Source: Euryarchaeota archaeon UBA89 (GTDB lineage: Archaea; Thermoplasmatota; Poseidoniia; Poseidoniales; Thalassarchaeaceae). Taken from it: DNA of 64,000 nucleotides. Made by a program: the position numbers and the translations under genes. Positions 9,626 through 19,994 of this stretch are shown piece by piece. Below the pieces are notes generated by a model. The model had not been told where the DNA came from. It was given only the letters and a program-made list of their open reading frames with translations, and did not search any database. Positions within the stretch are counted from its first letter, which is position 1. The number at the start of each line of letters is the position of its first letter. Location: NCBI GenBank assembly GCA_002495525.1, contig DAFS01000033.1, positions 12,509 through 76,508 of the forward strand. Reading direction: 5' to 3'.

Positions 9626-11782
9626 TTATGGCCTTTGAGAATCTATCCCCCAGAGACGATTCACGGTAAAAACGAATAACGATAATAATAAGAAAACCAG
9701 TATTACTGTTTGTAGTGGCTTCTGCCAGTATGGTTCAATTGGAACTTCAGAATTAACTATTATTTGGCCTTCTTCATTTGCATCTTCACTTTGCCAGTTA
9801 AAAAATGTACTAACCGGAGTGGAACTAGTTAATTCAAAACTTAATTCCACATCAAAGAATCCTGGCCCATTTGAGTTTGCGGCGGGGACTGAAACAAATG
9901 GCCCACACTGGCTATTCGTACAATACTGACCTGACCCTGGTGAGGCTCTATTATTTTGCATAGATGCAGAAAAGAAAACCGTATTCCCTTCAACTAATTT
10001 ACCCTCAATTTCGGCATTAATTAATTCGATATCTATACCAAAATTAGGAGAAATTGCTAACCCAAAAGCAAGATTCTGGTGATTCGAAGAAGAATCATAT
10101 GCATCGATACTGAATACATGGGTTCCCGAATTAAATGGTCCCAGTACCATTTTATCAATTTGATTCATACTAACATTATTGACAATTTCTTTGTTATCAA
10201 TCGATAGAGACCAAAAAGTTTCATTTATTGAATCTAAGTCATCAAAGGAATTTTGTAAAGAAATTGTAATTAAATCGCCTTCTCTAGCGAGATTACTAGA
10301 AGAAATTGATTGATTATTAATTATTAAATCCGGGATTATTGTTGGGCCTGTGCCATCCAGTACAATTACCTCCCATTCCCTAAAAATAGTGTTTCCTGCA
10401 TCATCGGAAACTGTAAGATTAATCGACCATGAGGTGGATAATTTAGCTTTATGTCGTTCAGAGACATTAAGGTGAAGGCCATTAGAATCACTATTCTGAT
10501 AAAATACATCTGAGAAAATAAGGTTGTCAGTGCCTCTGTGAATATAATTAGGAGTCTTATTTGAAATGATTTTTATATTCACAGGAGATTCAGAATTAGG
10601 ATCATTTGCTGAAATATTAAATGAGATACTAGTATCTGATTTCACAGAGATAGATTGATTATTATCCAATATGATCATTTCATTTTCTTCATTAATATAG
10701 GAAATAACTGAATTCCAAATTGGAGATATAGAGTCAATTACTATATTTTCATACCAAGTACTTGTAGCATCAAACCAATCTTTACAATACATCACTATGC
10801 TAGCAACGTCTCCTTCTTCAAAACCATAGTCTTGTGAAATAAAACTTAAATTATCTCCATAATGAGTAAGCAAAAGAGTGCCATTATTAGATAACGTCCA
10901 CCATTGTTGATTATTATCTAGGCTACTATCTTCACAATCTCCATGATACACAGTATTAGAATTCATAGTAATCATAGCACCATTTGAAGTTCTATAACCT
11001 AAAGCATTGGGCATTTGATTATTTGAAATTGTTACTCGTATATTACTAGCTACATTTGCTTCTGAACGATTCACAATAAATTCACCCGGTTCTCCAGAGA
11101 ATATTTCTCCCATAGCACTGTACTTATATTCCCAGTCATTTGGAAGAAAAATTGTTAATGGAACCTCTTCAACAAATGCTCCAATTCTTGGAAAATCAAT
11201 TATTCTAGTAGTTCGACTATCAGTTTGACCAATCAAATCGGCTGTTTCTTCCCAACCCCATGATGTGTTCTCTAAATCTATTGGACCATCTACCACTTTA
11301 GATGTAATCAGATTAATGCCTTGATTGGAATATAATGGATTATAATCAAAAATACAGCAACCGCCATTTTCAGAATTAGTCCAATTTCTTTCTTGATGGA
11401 ATAATTGATCGAATAAATTAGATTCATTAGAATCTATAAAACCATCTGAATTTCCTAAATGAATATCAATTTGAGCTCTCAGCCCTAATTCTGAATTTTG
11501 TAAAAGATCAGAACCAATCTGATCAGAGATATTTATTGACAATTCCCAGGAGGCATTAAATTGTGAATTAACTTTTATATCGTCTTCTATAATGAAATTA
11601 GAATATCCAGTTATTGAAGAATACAAAAAATCATCATCAATATCTCGATTATTAGTAGCGCCGACTGAAACATTACCCAAACTAAGAATTATTAGAAAAA
11701 AAATCATAAATGACAGAATATTTTTCTTCATTTTTTCACACTCTAGAATCATTAAAAATAATTTTTGAACCATTAAAATCAA
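9626..11782 (-). CDS. Large secreted/surface-anchored protein (signal peptide, many N-x-S/T sequons, C-terminal TM anchor); hypothetical cell-surface glycoprotein
   Basis: N-terminal signal-like segment (MKKNILSFMIFFLIILSLGNVSVGA, probably the real start at M18, ~11731). Ser/Asn/Thr-rich extracellular body. C-terminal hydrophobic anchor TVILVFLLLSLFVFTV followed by basic residues. Confidence 0.7.
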   Translation of the reverse strand: MILMVQKLFLMILECEKMKKNILSFMIFFLIILSLGNVSVGATNNRDIDDDFLYSSITGYSNFIIEDDIKVNSQFNASWELSINISDQIGSDLLQNSELGLRAQIDIHLGNSDGFIDSNESNLFDQLFHQERNWTNSENGGCCIFDYNPLYSNQGINLITSKVVDGPIDLENTSWGWEETADLIGQTDSRTTRIIDFPRIGAFVEEVPLTIFLPNDWEYKYSAMGEIFSGEPGEFIVNRSEANVASNIRVTISNNQMPNALGYRTSNGAMITMNSNTVYHGDCEDSSLDNNQQWWTLSNNGTLLLTHYGDNLSFISQDYGFEEGDVASIVMYCKDWFDATSTWYENIVIDSISPIWNSVISYINEENEMIILDNNQSISVKSDTSISFNISANDPNSESPVNIKIISNKTPNYIHRGTDNLIFSDVFYQNSDSNGLHLNVSERHKAKLSTSWSINLTVSDDAGNTIFREWEVIVLDGTGPTIIPDLIINNQSISSSNLAREGDLITISLQNSFDDLDSINETFWSLSIDNKEIVNNVSMNQIDKMVLGPFNSGTHVFSIDAYDSSSNHQNLAFGLAISPNFGIDIELINAEIEGKLVEGNTVFFSASMQNNRASPGSGQYCTNSQCGPFVSVPAANSNGPGFFDVELSFELTSSTPVSTFFNWQSEDANEEGQIIVNSEVPIEPYWQKPLQTVILVFLLLSLFVFTVNRLWGIDSQRP

Positions 11783-12746
11783 TATTCAAGGGTAATATCC
11801 TATGTTCGGAAGAAAACTCAGATTGTAAGTTCTCACGGAATTTAGAATCTCCATGTACAAGGAAAAATCCACCGCCACCAGCACCTAATAATTTAGCTCC
11901 AGTAGCGCCATTAGACATTATGCGGCTATACATTTCATCGAGAAAATTATTGCTAACATTTGAAGAAATACCTTTTTTCATCAACCAAGCTTCATTAAGA
12001 AGAATACCAAGATTTGAAAAATCGCCTGATGAAAGATATTCCCTTGCTTCGTCTGCTTGTTCTCTAATTCGAAAAAGATTTTCTATAGCTAATTTACCCT
12101 CTTCTTCAGAATTTGACAACACAGCAGAGGCAGATCGGTTCTGTCCAGTAAAGATAAGTGTGAATTCATCAGATATTTTTGATTTTAATTGGTCGGAAAT
12201 ATTAATTGGTTCTACAATAACATTACCATCAGAACAGAATTTAATTGAATTTATTCCACCAAAGGATGCGGCATATTGATCTTGTCTACCTATAGGTTGG
12301 CCAAGTATTTTAATTTCAATTTCACAAGCCTCAGATGCTAATTGTGATGCGGAAACATTCCTACCTGCGAAGCAATGTAGTGCATTAAGCAGACCTACGG
12401 TAACTGCAGATGACGAACCTAAACCTGTCCCTCTAGATGGAATATCTGCTATTGTAGTGATTTCTACACCTGAAGTAACACCTGTCATCCTCATTGATTC
12501 ACGTACTAATTCATGTTCAATATCCTCAAAATCATCTACAATTTCTAACTTAGAGTAAGACAATCTAATTCTTTCATCAAAACGCCTGTTAACAGTAACA
12601 TGAATATATCTATCAATAGCTAGAGATGTAACCATTCCACCTTTTTCTGAAGAAAGAGAGAACCAATCTACGTCAGTTCCACCTCCGCAAAACGAGACTC
12701 GAACAGGTGTCCGACTGATTATCATCATGATGGTGGGATAATTCAT
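11736..12746 (-). CDS. GHMP-family sugar kinase (HddA/fucokinase-like D-glycero-D-manno-heptose-7-P kinase type)
   Basis: RTPVRVSFCGGGTDV N-terminal motif and GHMP motif 2 PSRGTGLGSSSAVTVGLL, plus a C-terminal GAKLLGAGGGGF. Real start is probably M7/M8. Confidence 0.75.
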   Translation of the reverse strand: MNYPTIMMIISRTPVRVSFCGGGTDVDWFSLSSEKGGMVTSLAIDRYIHVTVNRRFDERIRLSYSKLEIVDDFEDIEHELVRESMRMTGVTSGVEITTIADIPSRGTGLGSSSAVTVGLLNALHCFAGRNVSASQLASEACEIEIKILGQPIGRQDQYAASFGGINSIKFCSDGNVIVEPINISDQLKSKISDEFTLIFTGQNRSASAVLSNSEEEGKLAIENLFRIREQADEAREYLSSGDFSNLGILLNEAWLMKKGISSNVSNNFLDEMYSRIMSNGATGAKLLGAGGGGFFLVHGDSKFRENLQSEFSSEHRILPLNIDFNGSKIIFNDSRV

Positions 12747-12835
12747 TACTCATCAAGACAGCGGAATACGGTCATCAAAGGTTACGCTTAGAGCGGAATG
12801 CATATGACCCGCTTCTGATACCAATCGCTAGGAGA

Positions 12836-13774
12836 ATGAGTATGGGCGACCTTATTACGATGGACGATCTAACAAATGAAGAGATATTGCAGGTCCTTGA
12901 TAATGCGAGAAAATTATTACCAGTTGCCAAAGGTGATGTATACTTACCTTTACTTCAAGGTAAGGTTTTAGGAAATCTTTTCTTTGAGAATTCTACACGT
13001 ACTCGAATGTCATTTGAAACAGCGATGAAAAGACTAGGAGGAGAAGTTTTGAATCTAAGTTCTATAGGTTCTTCTGTAGCGAAAGGTGAAACCCTGTATG
13101 ATACTATGCAGATGGTAGATGGATATGCAGATATTGCAGTCATTAGGCATCCGAATCAAGGAGCTGCTCAATATAGTGCTGATGCAGTTAACATACCAAT
13201 CCTAAATGGAGGAGATGGTGCTGGAAATCATCCAACACAAACCATGCTAGATTTATTCACAATTCGTGAAGCACATGGTAGTCTAGAAGGGCTACATGTG
13301 ATGATGGTAGGAGATCTTAGATATGGAAGGACAACTCATAGTTTATCGCATGCACTAGTAAGATTTGGAGCCAAAATCACACTGGTTTCACCAGAATCAC
13401 TAAGGATGCCTGATGAAATAGTTTCAGATTTAAAAAATCATGGTGGAGAAATAAATGAAACAGAAGAAATGTCATCATCTATTGATTCTGCTGATGTCAT
13501 ATATATGACGAGAATACAGAAAGAAAGATTTCCAGACGAAGATGAATACATCAAAGTAGCAGGAATTTATAAATTAATTGAAGATGATTTATCGAGTGCG
13601 AAGGCTGGGATGATAGTCATGCACCCTCTACCAAGAGTGAATGAATTACATGCCAGTGTTGACTCAACAAAACATGCAAGATATTTCCAGCAGGCGTTCA
13701 ATGGTGTCCCTACTAGAATGGCTTTATTATGCAGAAGTTTAGGAGTAAAGATTCCAAAGAAGGTGAATAAATGA
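12836..13774 (+). CDS. pyrB: Aspartate carbamoyltransferase catalytic subunit
   Basis: STRTR carbamoyl-phosphate binding motif, HPTQ and HPLP motifs; 312 aa; followed by pyrI with a 4-nt overlap. Confidence 0.95.
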   Translation: MSMGDLITMDDLTNEEILQVLDNARKLLPVAKGDVYLPLLQGKVLGNLFFENSTRTRMSFETAMKRLGGEVLNLSSIGSSVAKGETLYDTMQMVDGYADIAVIRHPNQGAAQYSADAVNIPILNGGDGAGNHPTQTMLDLFTIREAHGSLEGLHVMMVGDLRYGRTTHSLSHALVRFGAKITLVSPESLRMPDEIVSDLKNHGGEINETEEMSSSIDSADVIYMTRIQKERFPDEDEYIKVAGIYKLIEDDLSSAKAGMIVMHPLPRVNELHASVDSTKHARYFQQAFNGVPTRMALLCRSLGVKIPKKVNK

Positions 13775-14238
13775 GTGAAATGAGGCGTGTTACTGCAATT
13801 TGTAATGGTACTGCAATAGACCATATTCCCTCAGGTCATGCATTACAGGTACTGAAAATGTTGAGGTTAGATGTTGGAAGATCTAACCCTATTTCCATGG
13901 TAATGAATGTACCTAGTGGGAAAATGGGTAGGAAAGATGTTTTGAAAATTGAAGATAGGGAATTAAATCAAGAAGAATTAGACCGCTTAGCTCTAATCGC
14001 CCCTAAAGCATCAGTTGCAATTATTAGAAATTATCATGTAGCAGAAAAAAGAACTATTGAACTTGGTTCAGAATTGATAAATATAGTGAGGTGCTCGTTT
14101 TCAAATTGTATCACACAAAATCCTCGTGAGCCGTTGCCTCACAAGCTAAAAATTATTTCAGCAGACCCTATGATACTAAGATGCTCATATTGTGGAAAGA
14201 ATCAAAATATTGATGAAATTGTAGATTTCATAATTTAA
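13771..14238 (+). CDS. pyrI: Aspartate carbamoyltransferase regulatory subunit
   Basis: 155 aa, typical PyrI N-terminus (RRVTAICNGTAIDHIP) and C-terminal zinc-binding CxxC...CxYC cluster. Overlaps pyrB stop (ATGA). Confidence 0.92.
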   Translation: MSEMRRVTAICNGTAIDHIPSGHALQVLKMLRLDVGRSNPISMVMNVPSGKMGRKDVLKIEDRELNQEELDRLALIAPKASVAIIRNYHVAEKRTIELGSELINIVRCSFSNCITQNPREPLPHKLKIISADPMILRCSYCGKNQNIDEIVDFII

Positions 14239-15230
14239 TTCTCTTCTAGCCAACGTTTCATCGTACAGGCTTGACATACTTCTCTACTCGTAATTTCGCC
14301 ACATTTCACACAATTCTTAATTTCTGATTTGACCGGGTTAACTTCTTTGTATAATTTACGTATTTGATCTAAAGAATGTAATAATCCATGCCTAGAACCT
14401 GGTGTCATTGTTTCCATATCAGCAATAATTCTACGGCTTAGTTGCCTCATTGCACCGGGTGCATGTGGGCAATCTCCATGATGGATAGGTAGTTCAGAAT
14501 AAATAGCATGAGCATGAATCTCTTGCTCTGGAATCCAGCGTAAAGGAACTACTCTAGGAGCAAGCCCTTCAATTGGGTCATCTGTATGAGGCGCTAATCG
14601 GACTGACCTCTCGATATTTCCTTTCTGAAAATTCATTACTATTGATTGAGCCATATCATCTAGATTATGTCCTAAAGCCATAATATCTGCTCCAACTTTC
14701 TCCGCTAAAGCATTAATTCCTTGTCTTCTAAAAACACCACAATAAGAACATGGCATCATGCCCTTAGCATCAGGATTATTTTCTCCAATTACATCCATCT
14801 TCTTTACCACATTATCCATTTTATCATAACCAATTTCTTCATAAGATAATGTTTCAAATCTAATATTCAAAGATTCAGCAAGTTCTCTTGCTAATTCAAG
14901 TGATGGAGAACGATATCCATCTATTCCCTCGTCAATACACCCAGAAATAATTTCTACATCTCTTCTTTGACCGATAATATCGACAAGCATACTGAGTAAT
15001 ACTGCTGAGTCTTTACCACCTGAAATTGCTACAAAGATTTTGAAAGGTGTACCATCTGCATGTCGAGCATCTTTAGGTAAATTTATCTGTAGACGTATTT
15101 CTTTAGCAACTCTCTTCCTTATCGACAATGCTAGATGTTTACCACACAAATGTTGACCACTATATTCTTGGAAAAGAATGGATGGCTCTTTACATTGGCT
15201 ACAAGATTGTATCGAGAGCCCGCCGTTCAT
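14235..15230 (-). CDS. tRNA 2-thiolation PP-loop ATPase (TtuA/NcsA/Ncs6 family)
   Basis: PP-loop SGGKDS (VAISGGKDSAVL), N-terminal zinc finger CSQC...CGKH, C-terminal CVKCGE...CQAC; 331 aa. Confidence 0.8.
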   Translation of the reverse strand: MNGGLSIQSCSQCKEPSILFQEYSGQHLCGKHLALSIRKRVAKEIRLQINLPKDARHADGTPFKIFVAISGGKDSAVLLSMLVDIIGQRRDVEIISGCIDEGIDGYRSPSLELARELAESLNIRFETLSYEEIGYDKMDNVVKKMDVIGENNPDAKGMMPCSYCGVFRRQGINALAEKVGADIMALGHNLDDMAQSIVMNFQKGNIERSVRLAPHTDDPIEGLAPRVVPLRWIPEQEIHAHAIYSELPIHHGDCPHAPGAMRQLSRRIIADMETMTPGSRHGLLHSLDQIRKLYKEVNPVKSEIKNCVKCGEITSREVCQACTMKRWLEEN

Positions 15231-15277
15231 AATGTCTCGTCAAGTATACTGCGCTTGAACCCAGCGAGTCAAGGTTA

Positions 15278-15559
15278 GTGATTAATCGATGGATTGATGA
15301 CCTAGATACTCCTGATAGGAGCATGGATGGAGCCTCACCTTTACCCAATCAAAATAAAAATAAGGTGAGTAATTTAGGGCCATGGTTACATCGTTTATTA
15401 GTAATAAGTACAATTCTAATAACTATTTTATTCCAAGAACATATAATAGAATTACTAGAATTAGTAAATATCACCAATAATATTATGTTAGTAATTATTC
15501 AATTTATTATTATTATAATTTTCTGGGGTATTTTTCATAAAATTCTACAACTAAGTTAA
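15278..15559 (+). CDS. Doubtful small hydrophobic ORF inside an ~80% AT intergenic island
   Basis: 93-aa ORF made of AT-rich low-complexity codons (IIIIIFW...). Probably non-coding, though a small membrane protein is possible. Confidence 0.15.
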   Translation: MINRWIDDLDTPDRSMDGASPLPNQNKNKVSNLGPWLHRLLVISTILITILFQEHIIELLELVNITNNIMLVIIQFIIIIIFWGIFHKILQLS

Positions 15560-16758
15560 TTTCTTATTCTTGAAAGGCCTGTTTCAATAACTCCGGTGAT
15601 TCTTTGCCAAGGGATTACAAATCGCCCTCCTGCGACAACAATCATGAATAATGATGCAGAAATAACTTTACCATAGGTTAGTTGTAACTCTAAAGATTCT
15701 TTTACTTGACCTGACCACTGAGAACCTTCTAGAATAGCAACAAATGAAATCAAGAAATCATCAAACTCAAGAGCGATAGCAGTTGTTAAACTTACAATAA
15801 TCATTACACCGAATAAATGGATTAAATGACCATTGATGATATTATTAAATTGATTAATATATTCTGGATCTTTCTTTGATGCTTCTGGAAGTAAGGATGT
15901 ATACTCTAGATTTGATATTACAGCTAATCCTGATTCTAAGAATACTAATATTAGTATGGCCACTGTAAGTAAATCAAACCCTAATGGAGATATTAAACCT
16001 CCAAATAAGGTCGCTTCACCTATCTGAGCAGAAAGAGGTTTCAAACCAACATCTACTGCTGAAGTTACTCCTTCAAATGTTAACATTGCATGGATAGCAA
16101 TTATCATCAAGAAGTAGCCTGTAGACCAGGTGATCATTCTTTTAGATAAACCCCAAATACCCATTAATCCTACAAGAATAGGGGCGAAAACTATTCCAAA
16201 GAATATTAATTCAAAGAAAAATTCAAATGGGGCTAACACTAAATTAACATGGTTGTATTGATCATCAGCATTTCCTATTGGGAGATAAGCACCATTTGAG
16301 ACCATTCCTATCAGCCAAGAGATAAGAAATGGTAGAAGGAACCAAGATGCTAGTATTATACTAAATGTTCTTTTGATAATAAGTTGAAACCTTTCACCGC
16401 GTGTTTGGATAAACACCCACAATGCAGTCAATAAAAAACAGAGTATCAAAGGTATAGTAAATGCATCAAAACCAGTTTCATTAATTCCGGTAATAAAATT
16501 AGGTAATATTGTATTACCATTAGATTCCATCCAAGTTAATCCCCTAGTATGTTCGTATGCAGGGCACCATCCGTCAGTTCCTGAGTTAGCAATAAATTTC
16601 TCTGAACATTCACCATATAACTCACTCATTTTTCGCATTAAAAATAATAGCGAAATTGTAGATAGAGTTTGTAATAGTAGTACTTGCCATCTAAATCGTA
16701 ATTTTGTGATATGCAGAGTCTTTGATTCGGGTACTACATCCATTGCCATTTTATTCAC
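15556..16758 (-). CDS. Hypothetical polytopic membrane protein (≥8 TM), last gene of the cdc48–DUF58 string
   Basis: Long hydrophobic ORF, 3-nt gap to the upstream DUF58 gene, no catalytic motif recognised. Confidence 0.65.
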   Translation of the reverse strand: MNKMAMDVVPESKTLHITKLRFRWQVLLLQTLSTISLLFLMRKMSELYGECSEKFIANSGTDGWCPAYEHTRGLTWMESNGNTILPNFITGINETGFDAFTIPLILCFLLTALWVFIQTRGERFQLIIKRTFSIILASWFLLPFLISWLIGMVSNGAYLPIGNADDQYNHVNLVLAPFEFFFELIFFGIVFAPILVGLMGIWGLSKRMITWSTGYFLMIIAIHAMLTFEGVTSAVDVGLKPLSAQIGEATLFGGLISPLGFDLLTVAILILVFLESGLAVISNLEYTSLLPEASKKDPEYINQFNNIINGHLIHLFGVMIIVSLTTAIALEFDDFLISFVAILEGSQWSGQVKESLELQLTYGKVISASLFMIVVAGGRFVIPWQRITGVIETGLSRIRN

Positions 16759-16761
16759 CCC

Positions 16762-18021
16762 CTAGACTGTCCTAATTTGTAATAATGCTTGAGATAATTC
16801 AACACTTGGTGTCCAATCTATTACTTTAGCACCGTAACCTGAAATAGCTGTTAATCGATTCTGTCTTTCTAGTTTTAACACCTCATAAGCCATTCTTGGA
16901 ATCCTACTTACAAGTCTTTCAAGATCAATACTACTCGGAGATAATACAATTACTTCATGACCTTTACCGGAAAGATTTCTAATTGCCGACAAAGTAGTAC
17001 CATCCCCTTCAAGGCTACTAATAATAAACACTGGAGAGCCCCTAGATATTCGTGGAGATAGGGCATTAGTCACGGCTTGTAAAGGCATACTCCCTTTCGA
17101 TTCGACAGCAGCCAATTGGCTTAGAACCTTGTAATGCTGCTTATCTCCTGTCTCTGGTGGAAGAAAATCCATTCTTTCACCATAGGTAACCAAGGATACC
17201 GAATCTCTTCTCTTGATAAAATAATTGGCTATTGATGCTGCAGCTACAGTGCCCATCTCTAATGGATTTTTTAGTACTGTTCCAATTCTCGCTACGTCAC
17301 GAGTATCAAGAATGATGAAAACGTCTGTTACAGCATCTCTAGTTTTCTCATTAACCATTAATTCCCCAGTTCTAGCAAAAGCTTTCCAATTAATCGAACG
17401 GAATGAGTCACCTGGGAAATATTCTCTTAGAGCATAAAATTCCATTCCTTGACCTGGTGTTTTTAGGGTTGTGGCTCCAGTATACATTTTCGGAACATCA
17501 GACCTAATTAAAGCCTCTTCGACATCTCTAACTTGAGGGAAAACAGTGATATCTGATCTGTCACCTACGCTAGTTTCAGAAACAAATAGATTGAACGTAT
17601 TTCTATATCTGATAGAAGTTGGCCCTATTGTGTAGTGCCCCCTCAATGGGCAACGGACTGTATATCGAATCGTTGCAGTCTGTCCTGGGCCTAAATTCAT
17701 TCTCATTAGATTTATTCCTTTTCTCATTTTCATCTCGTGAGGCACATTATCAAAAACCTCTAACTGTTGTGTTCGACGATATGATTTATTTGTAATTGTT
17801 AATACTACATTAATATCGTCTCCTTTGTAAACATTAACTGCAGAAACTTCTCTTTTAATTTCTAGATCTGAATGACCCTCTATCCATCCATTAATTGCTA
17901 AAAATGATATGAAAGTCAGACCTACAATCATTAATTGGAAATTTGAAATCATCATACCTATCAAAATCAGGCTTATTCCGCTTGTGAGAAGGATAGCAGC
18001 TTTACGAGTCCACATATTCAA
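16762..18021 (-). CDS. DUF58-family protein (vWA-like; MoxR-associated family) with two N-terminal TM helices
   Basis: DUF58 signature FPGDSFRSINWKAFARTGELMVNE and a downstream vWA-like region (DVFIILDTRD). Confidence 0.75.
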   Translation of the reverse strand: MNMWTRKAAILLTSGISLILIGMMISNFQLMIVGLTFISFLAINGWIEGHSDLEIKREVSAVNVYKGDDINVVLTITNKSYRRTQQLEVFDNVPHEMKMRKGINLMRMNLGPGQTATIRYTVRCPLRGHYTIGPTSIRYRNTFNLFVSETSVGDRSDITVFPQVRDVEEALIRSDVPKMYTGATTLKTPGQGMEFYALREYFPGDSFRSINWKAFARTGELMVNEKTRDAVTDVFIILDTRDVARIGTVLKNPLEMGTVAAASIANYFIKRRDSVSLVTYGERMDFLPPETGDKQHYKVLSQLAAVESKGSMPLQAVTNALSPRISRGSPVFIISSLEGDGTTLSAIRNLSGKGHEVIVLSPSSIDLERLVSRIPRMAYEVLKLERQNRLTAISGYGAKVIDWTPSVELSQALLQIRTV

Positions 18022-19666
18022 CCTCCTCTTCAGAACTAGTTGAGCCCCACTCTTTGATTCTCTTTACTATACCCACCAATTCATCTGGTTTGTATCTGCG
18101 ATCTTCAAATATGAATTTAGTTAATACTTGATCATCAATCATTCTTTGTAACTCTGCTGCAGGAAGCGCATCAAATTCTTCTCTTGAAAGGGTATTTAAA
18201 TTTCTAATTCTTGTCAATAAAACCTGTCTTATTTTTTCAGGCTTTTGATAATACTCATATCTTCTAGCATCCCCAAAACCATAGTATATTATTCTAAATA
18301 CATGACGCCAATTCTCGGGATCTTCTTTACGGATTAAAACGGCTTCTAAAGTAATGAATAGCCCAAGGAAAAGCAGTAACATAGCCATCCAGTCATTAGT
18401 AAAATAAATCAACAAATAATACATTAAATTATATGTATCACCAAATAATGTAGGTTGCTGATGTCTTGATTCATCAAAAATAACGATTGCATTAGAAGAA
18501 CTTTTGGCACTCGAATTTCCGATTAATAAAGATTCAGCAATTACGTCTAATGCCCACTTTCTATTATCGTTTGAAGGGACAACATCGTCGACTCCAGAGT
18601 AGAATGCATCATCGTATAATGAGTTAGTTAATATCGAACCATCTGCAACAAAGTGTACCCTTCCTGAATCTGCTCCGACACACAAACGATCTGCACAGTA
18701 ACGAACATAAACTGCAAATGGACCTACTTCATCTCCATCAATACCAAAAGCAGAAGAACCAATCGTAAGATTGCCATCATCATTAGTGTCTAAGTATGAA
18801 TCGAGGGTAGATTTACCAATGTCATATCTATTTTCAACTGGATTGTAAGAACCTGCATTAAATGCAGATGGTTGATTTGTTAATAAGTTATAATTTTCTG
18901 AAAAATCCCATTGTGTTTCTGAAATCCATCTATGCGAGCATAGTCCGGCATCTTCTCTAGTAATTCCTGCTGGAAATGTCGTAACATCATAAGGATCTGT
19001 GTCTAATAAATCGATAAAACCATCTGTATCTGTATCTCTAAGACATGGATGAATACTTGATAAAGAACCCGAATTAGTAGTGAAATTGAATGCCGAGGTG
19101 GTATTAACCCAGATGAAGTTGTAATCTAATTCTGTAGCATATGCTTCTCCATCATATAGTGTGTGGCCAGAAAATTCTAATCCGAACTGTTCTGCTAAAG
19201 TTGAAGAATATCCTTTATCGTCCATTAAGAGTACAGTACCACCTGCTTCGACAAATTCATCAATAGCGAGTATCTCTGAAGTCGTGTATCCTGAACCTTC
19301 TGAAAGTTCTATCACGTTTTCATCACCAGTAAATCTAGGTAGTGAAATAGTATCCTTTTCAACACCTGATATAATGAAAATAGCTTCTTCAGGGTGATCA
19401 ATTTCACTCAATAAAAGAGGACTCGATACCAGTGCAGTTGTATCAACTCCCATTCTATTAATCTCTTCCCTAAACAACCCAAGATCATTCCAATCATCTC
19501 CGTAAGCTGATTGTTGAGTTTGGCCATCGGTAACATATGTTGCAGCGATTGTAGAAATTAGTAGTATTAGTAAAATCCAGAAGGCCCCAACTAACACATT
19601 GCGTCGTGCTTTAAGGGTCGTTAATCTACGAGTATAGTCGCGAAAATTGGCCATCCTATACCCCAC
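18002..19666 (-). CDS. Hypothetical membrane protein, possibly DUF4350-like: N-terminal TM, large extracytoplasmic domain, C-terminal TM pair and a cytoplasmic tail
   Basis: Topology read from hydrophobic segments. It overlaps the DUF58 gene by 20 nt. DUF4350-type partners are common next to DUF58 genes (from memory, unverified). Confidence 0.6.
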   Translation of the reverse strand: MGYRMANFRDYTRRLTTLKARRNVLVGAFWILLILLISTIAATYVTDGQTQQSAYGDDWNDLGLFREEINRMGVDTTALVSSPLLLSEIDHPEEAIFIISGVEKDTISLPRFTGDENVIELSEGSGYTTSEILAIDEFVEAGGTVLLMDDKGYSSTLAEQFGLEFSGHTLYDGEAYATELDYNFIWVNTTSAFNFTTNSGSLSSIHPCLRDTDTDGFIDLLDTDPYDVTTFPAGITREDAGLCSHRWISETQWDFSENYNLLTNQPSAFNAGSYNPVENRYDIGKSTLDSYLDTNDDGNLTIGSSAFGIDGDEVGPFAVYVRYCADRLCVGADSGRVHFVADGSILTNSLYDDAFYSGVDDVVPSNDNRKWALDVIAESLLIGNSSAKSSSNAIVIFDESRHQQPTLFGDTYNLMYYLLIYFTNDWMAMLLLFLGLFITLEAVLIRKEDPENWRHVFRIIYYGFGDARRYEYYQKPEKIRQVLLTRIRNLNTLSREEFDALPAAELQRMIDDQVLTKFIFEDRRYKPDELVGIVKRIKEWGSTSSEEEVEYVDS

Positions 19667-19742
19667 CTAGTCAATACGACAAATATCGAGCCCGAACTTC
19701 GACTTAAGACGGTTGTGAACGAATGAACGGTCATGCATCATA

Positions 19743-19985
19743 CTATTCAGACAGTTTGATTACCTTACCAACAGTATCAATCTCTTCAACTGGAACCGAT
19801 AAAAGTCCATTTACCGTAGGCCAAGGAAGAAGTTGAGGATTGATATCTGGTTCAATCATCACAAGAATATTAGTTATCTGACCACTTTCAATATCAATAG
19901 TAAAATCCGTAACACTTCCTAATCTATCATCAGCACTATCATGAACTTCACGATTAATGATTTCTCGTCCGAATGTTAATGGCAT
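19743..19985 (-). CDS. PRC-barrel domain protein
   Basis: 80 aa; REIINREVHDSADDRLGSVTDFTIDIESGQI matches the PRC-barrel pattern (vvd.dG.klG.V.dv..d...g.i). Lies 10 nt downstream of cdc48. Confidence 0.65.
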   Translation of the reverse strand: MPLTFGREIINREVHDSADDRLGSVTDFTIDIESGQITNILVMIEPDINPQLLPWPTVNGLLSVPVEEIDTVGKVIKLSE

Positions 19986-19994
19986 TTTTTTCCC

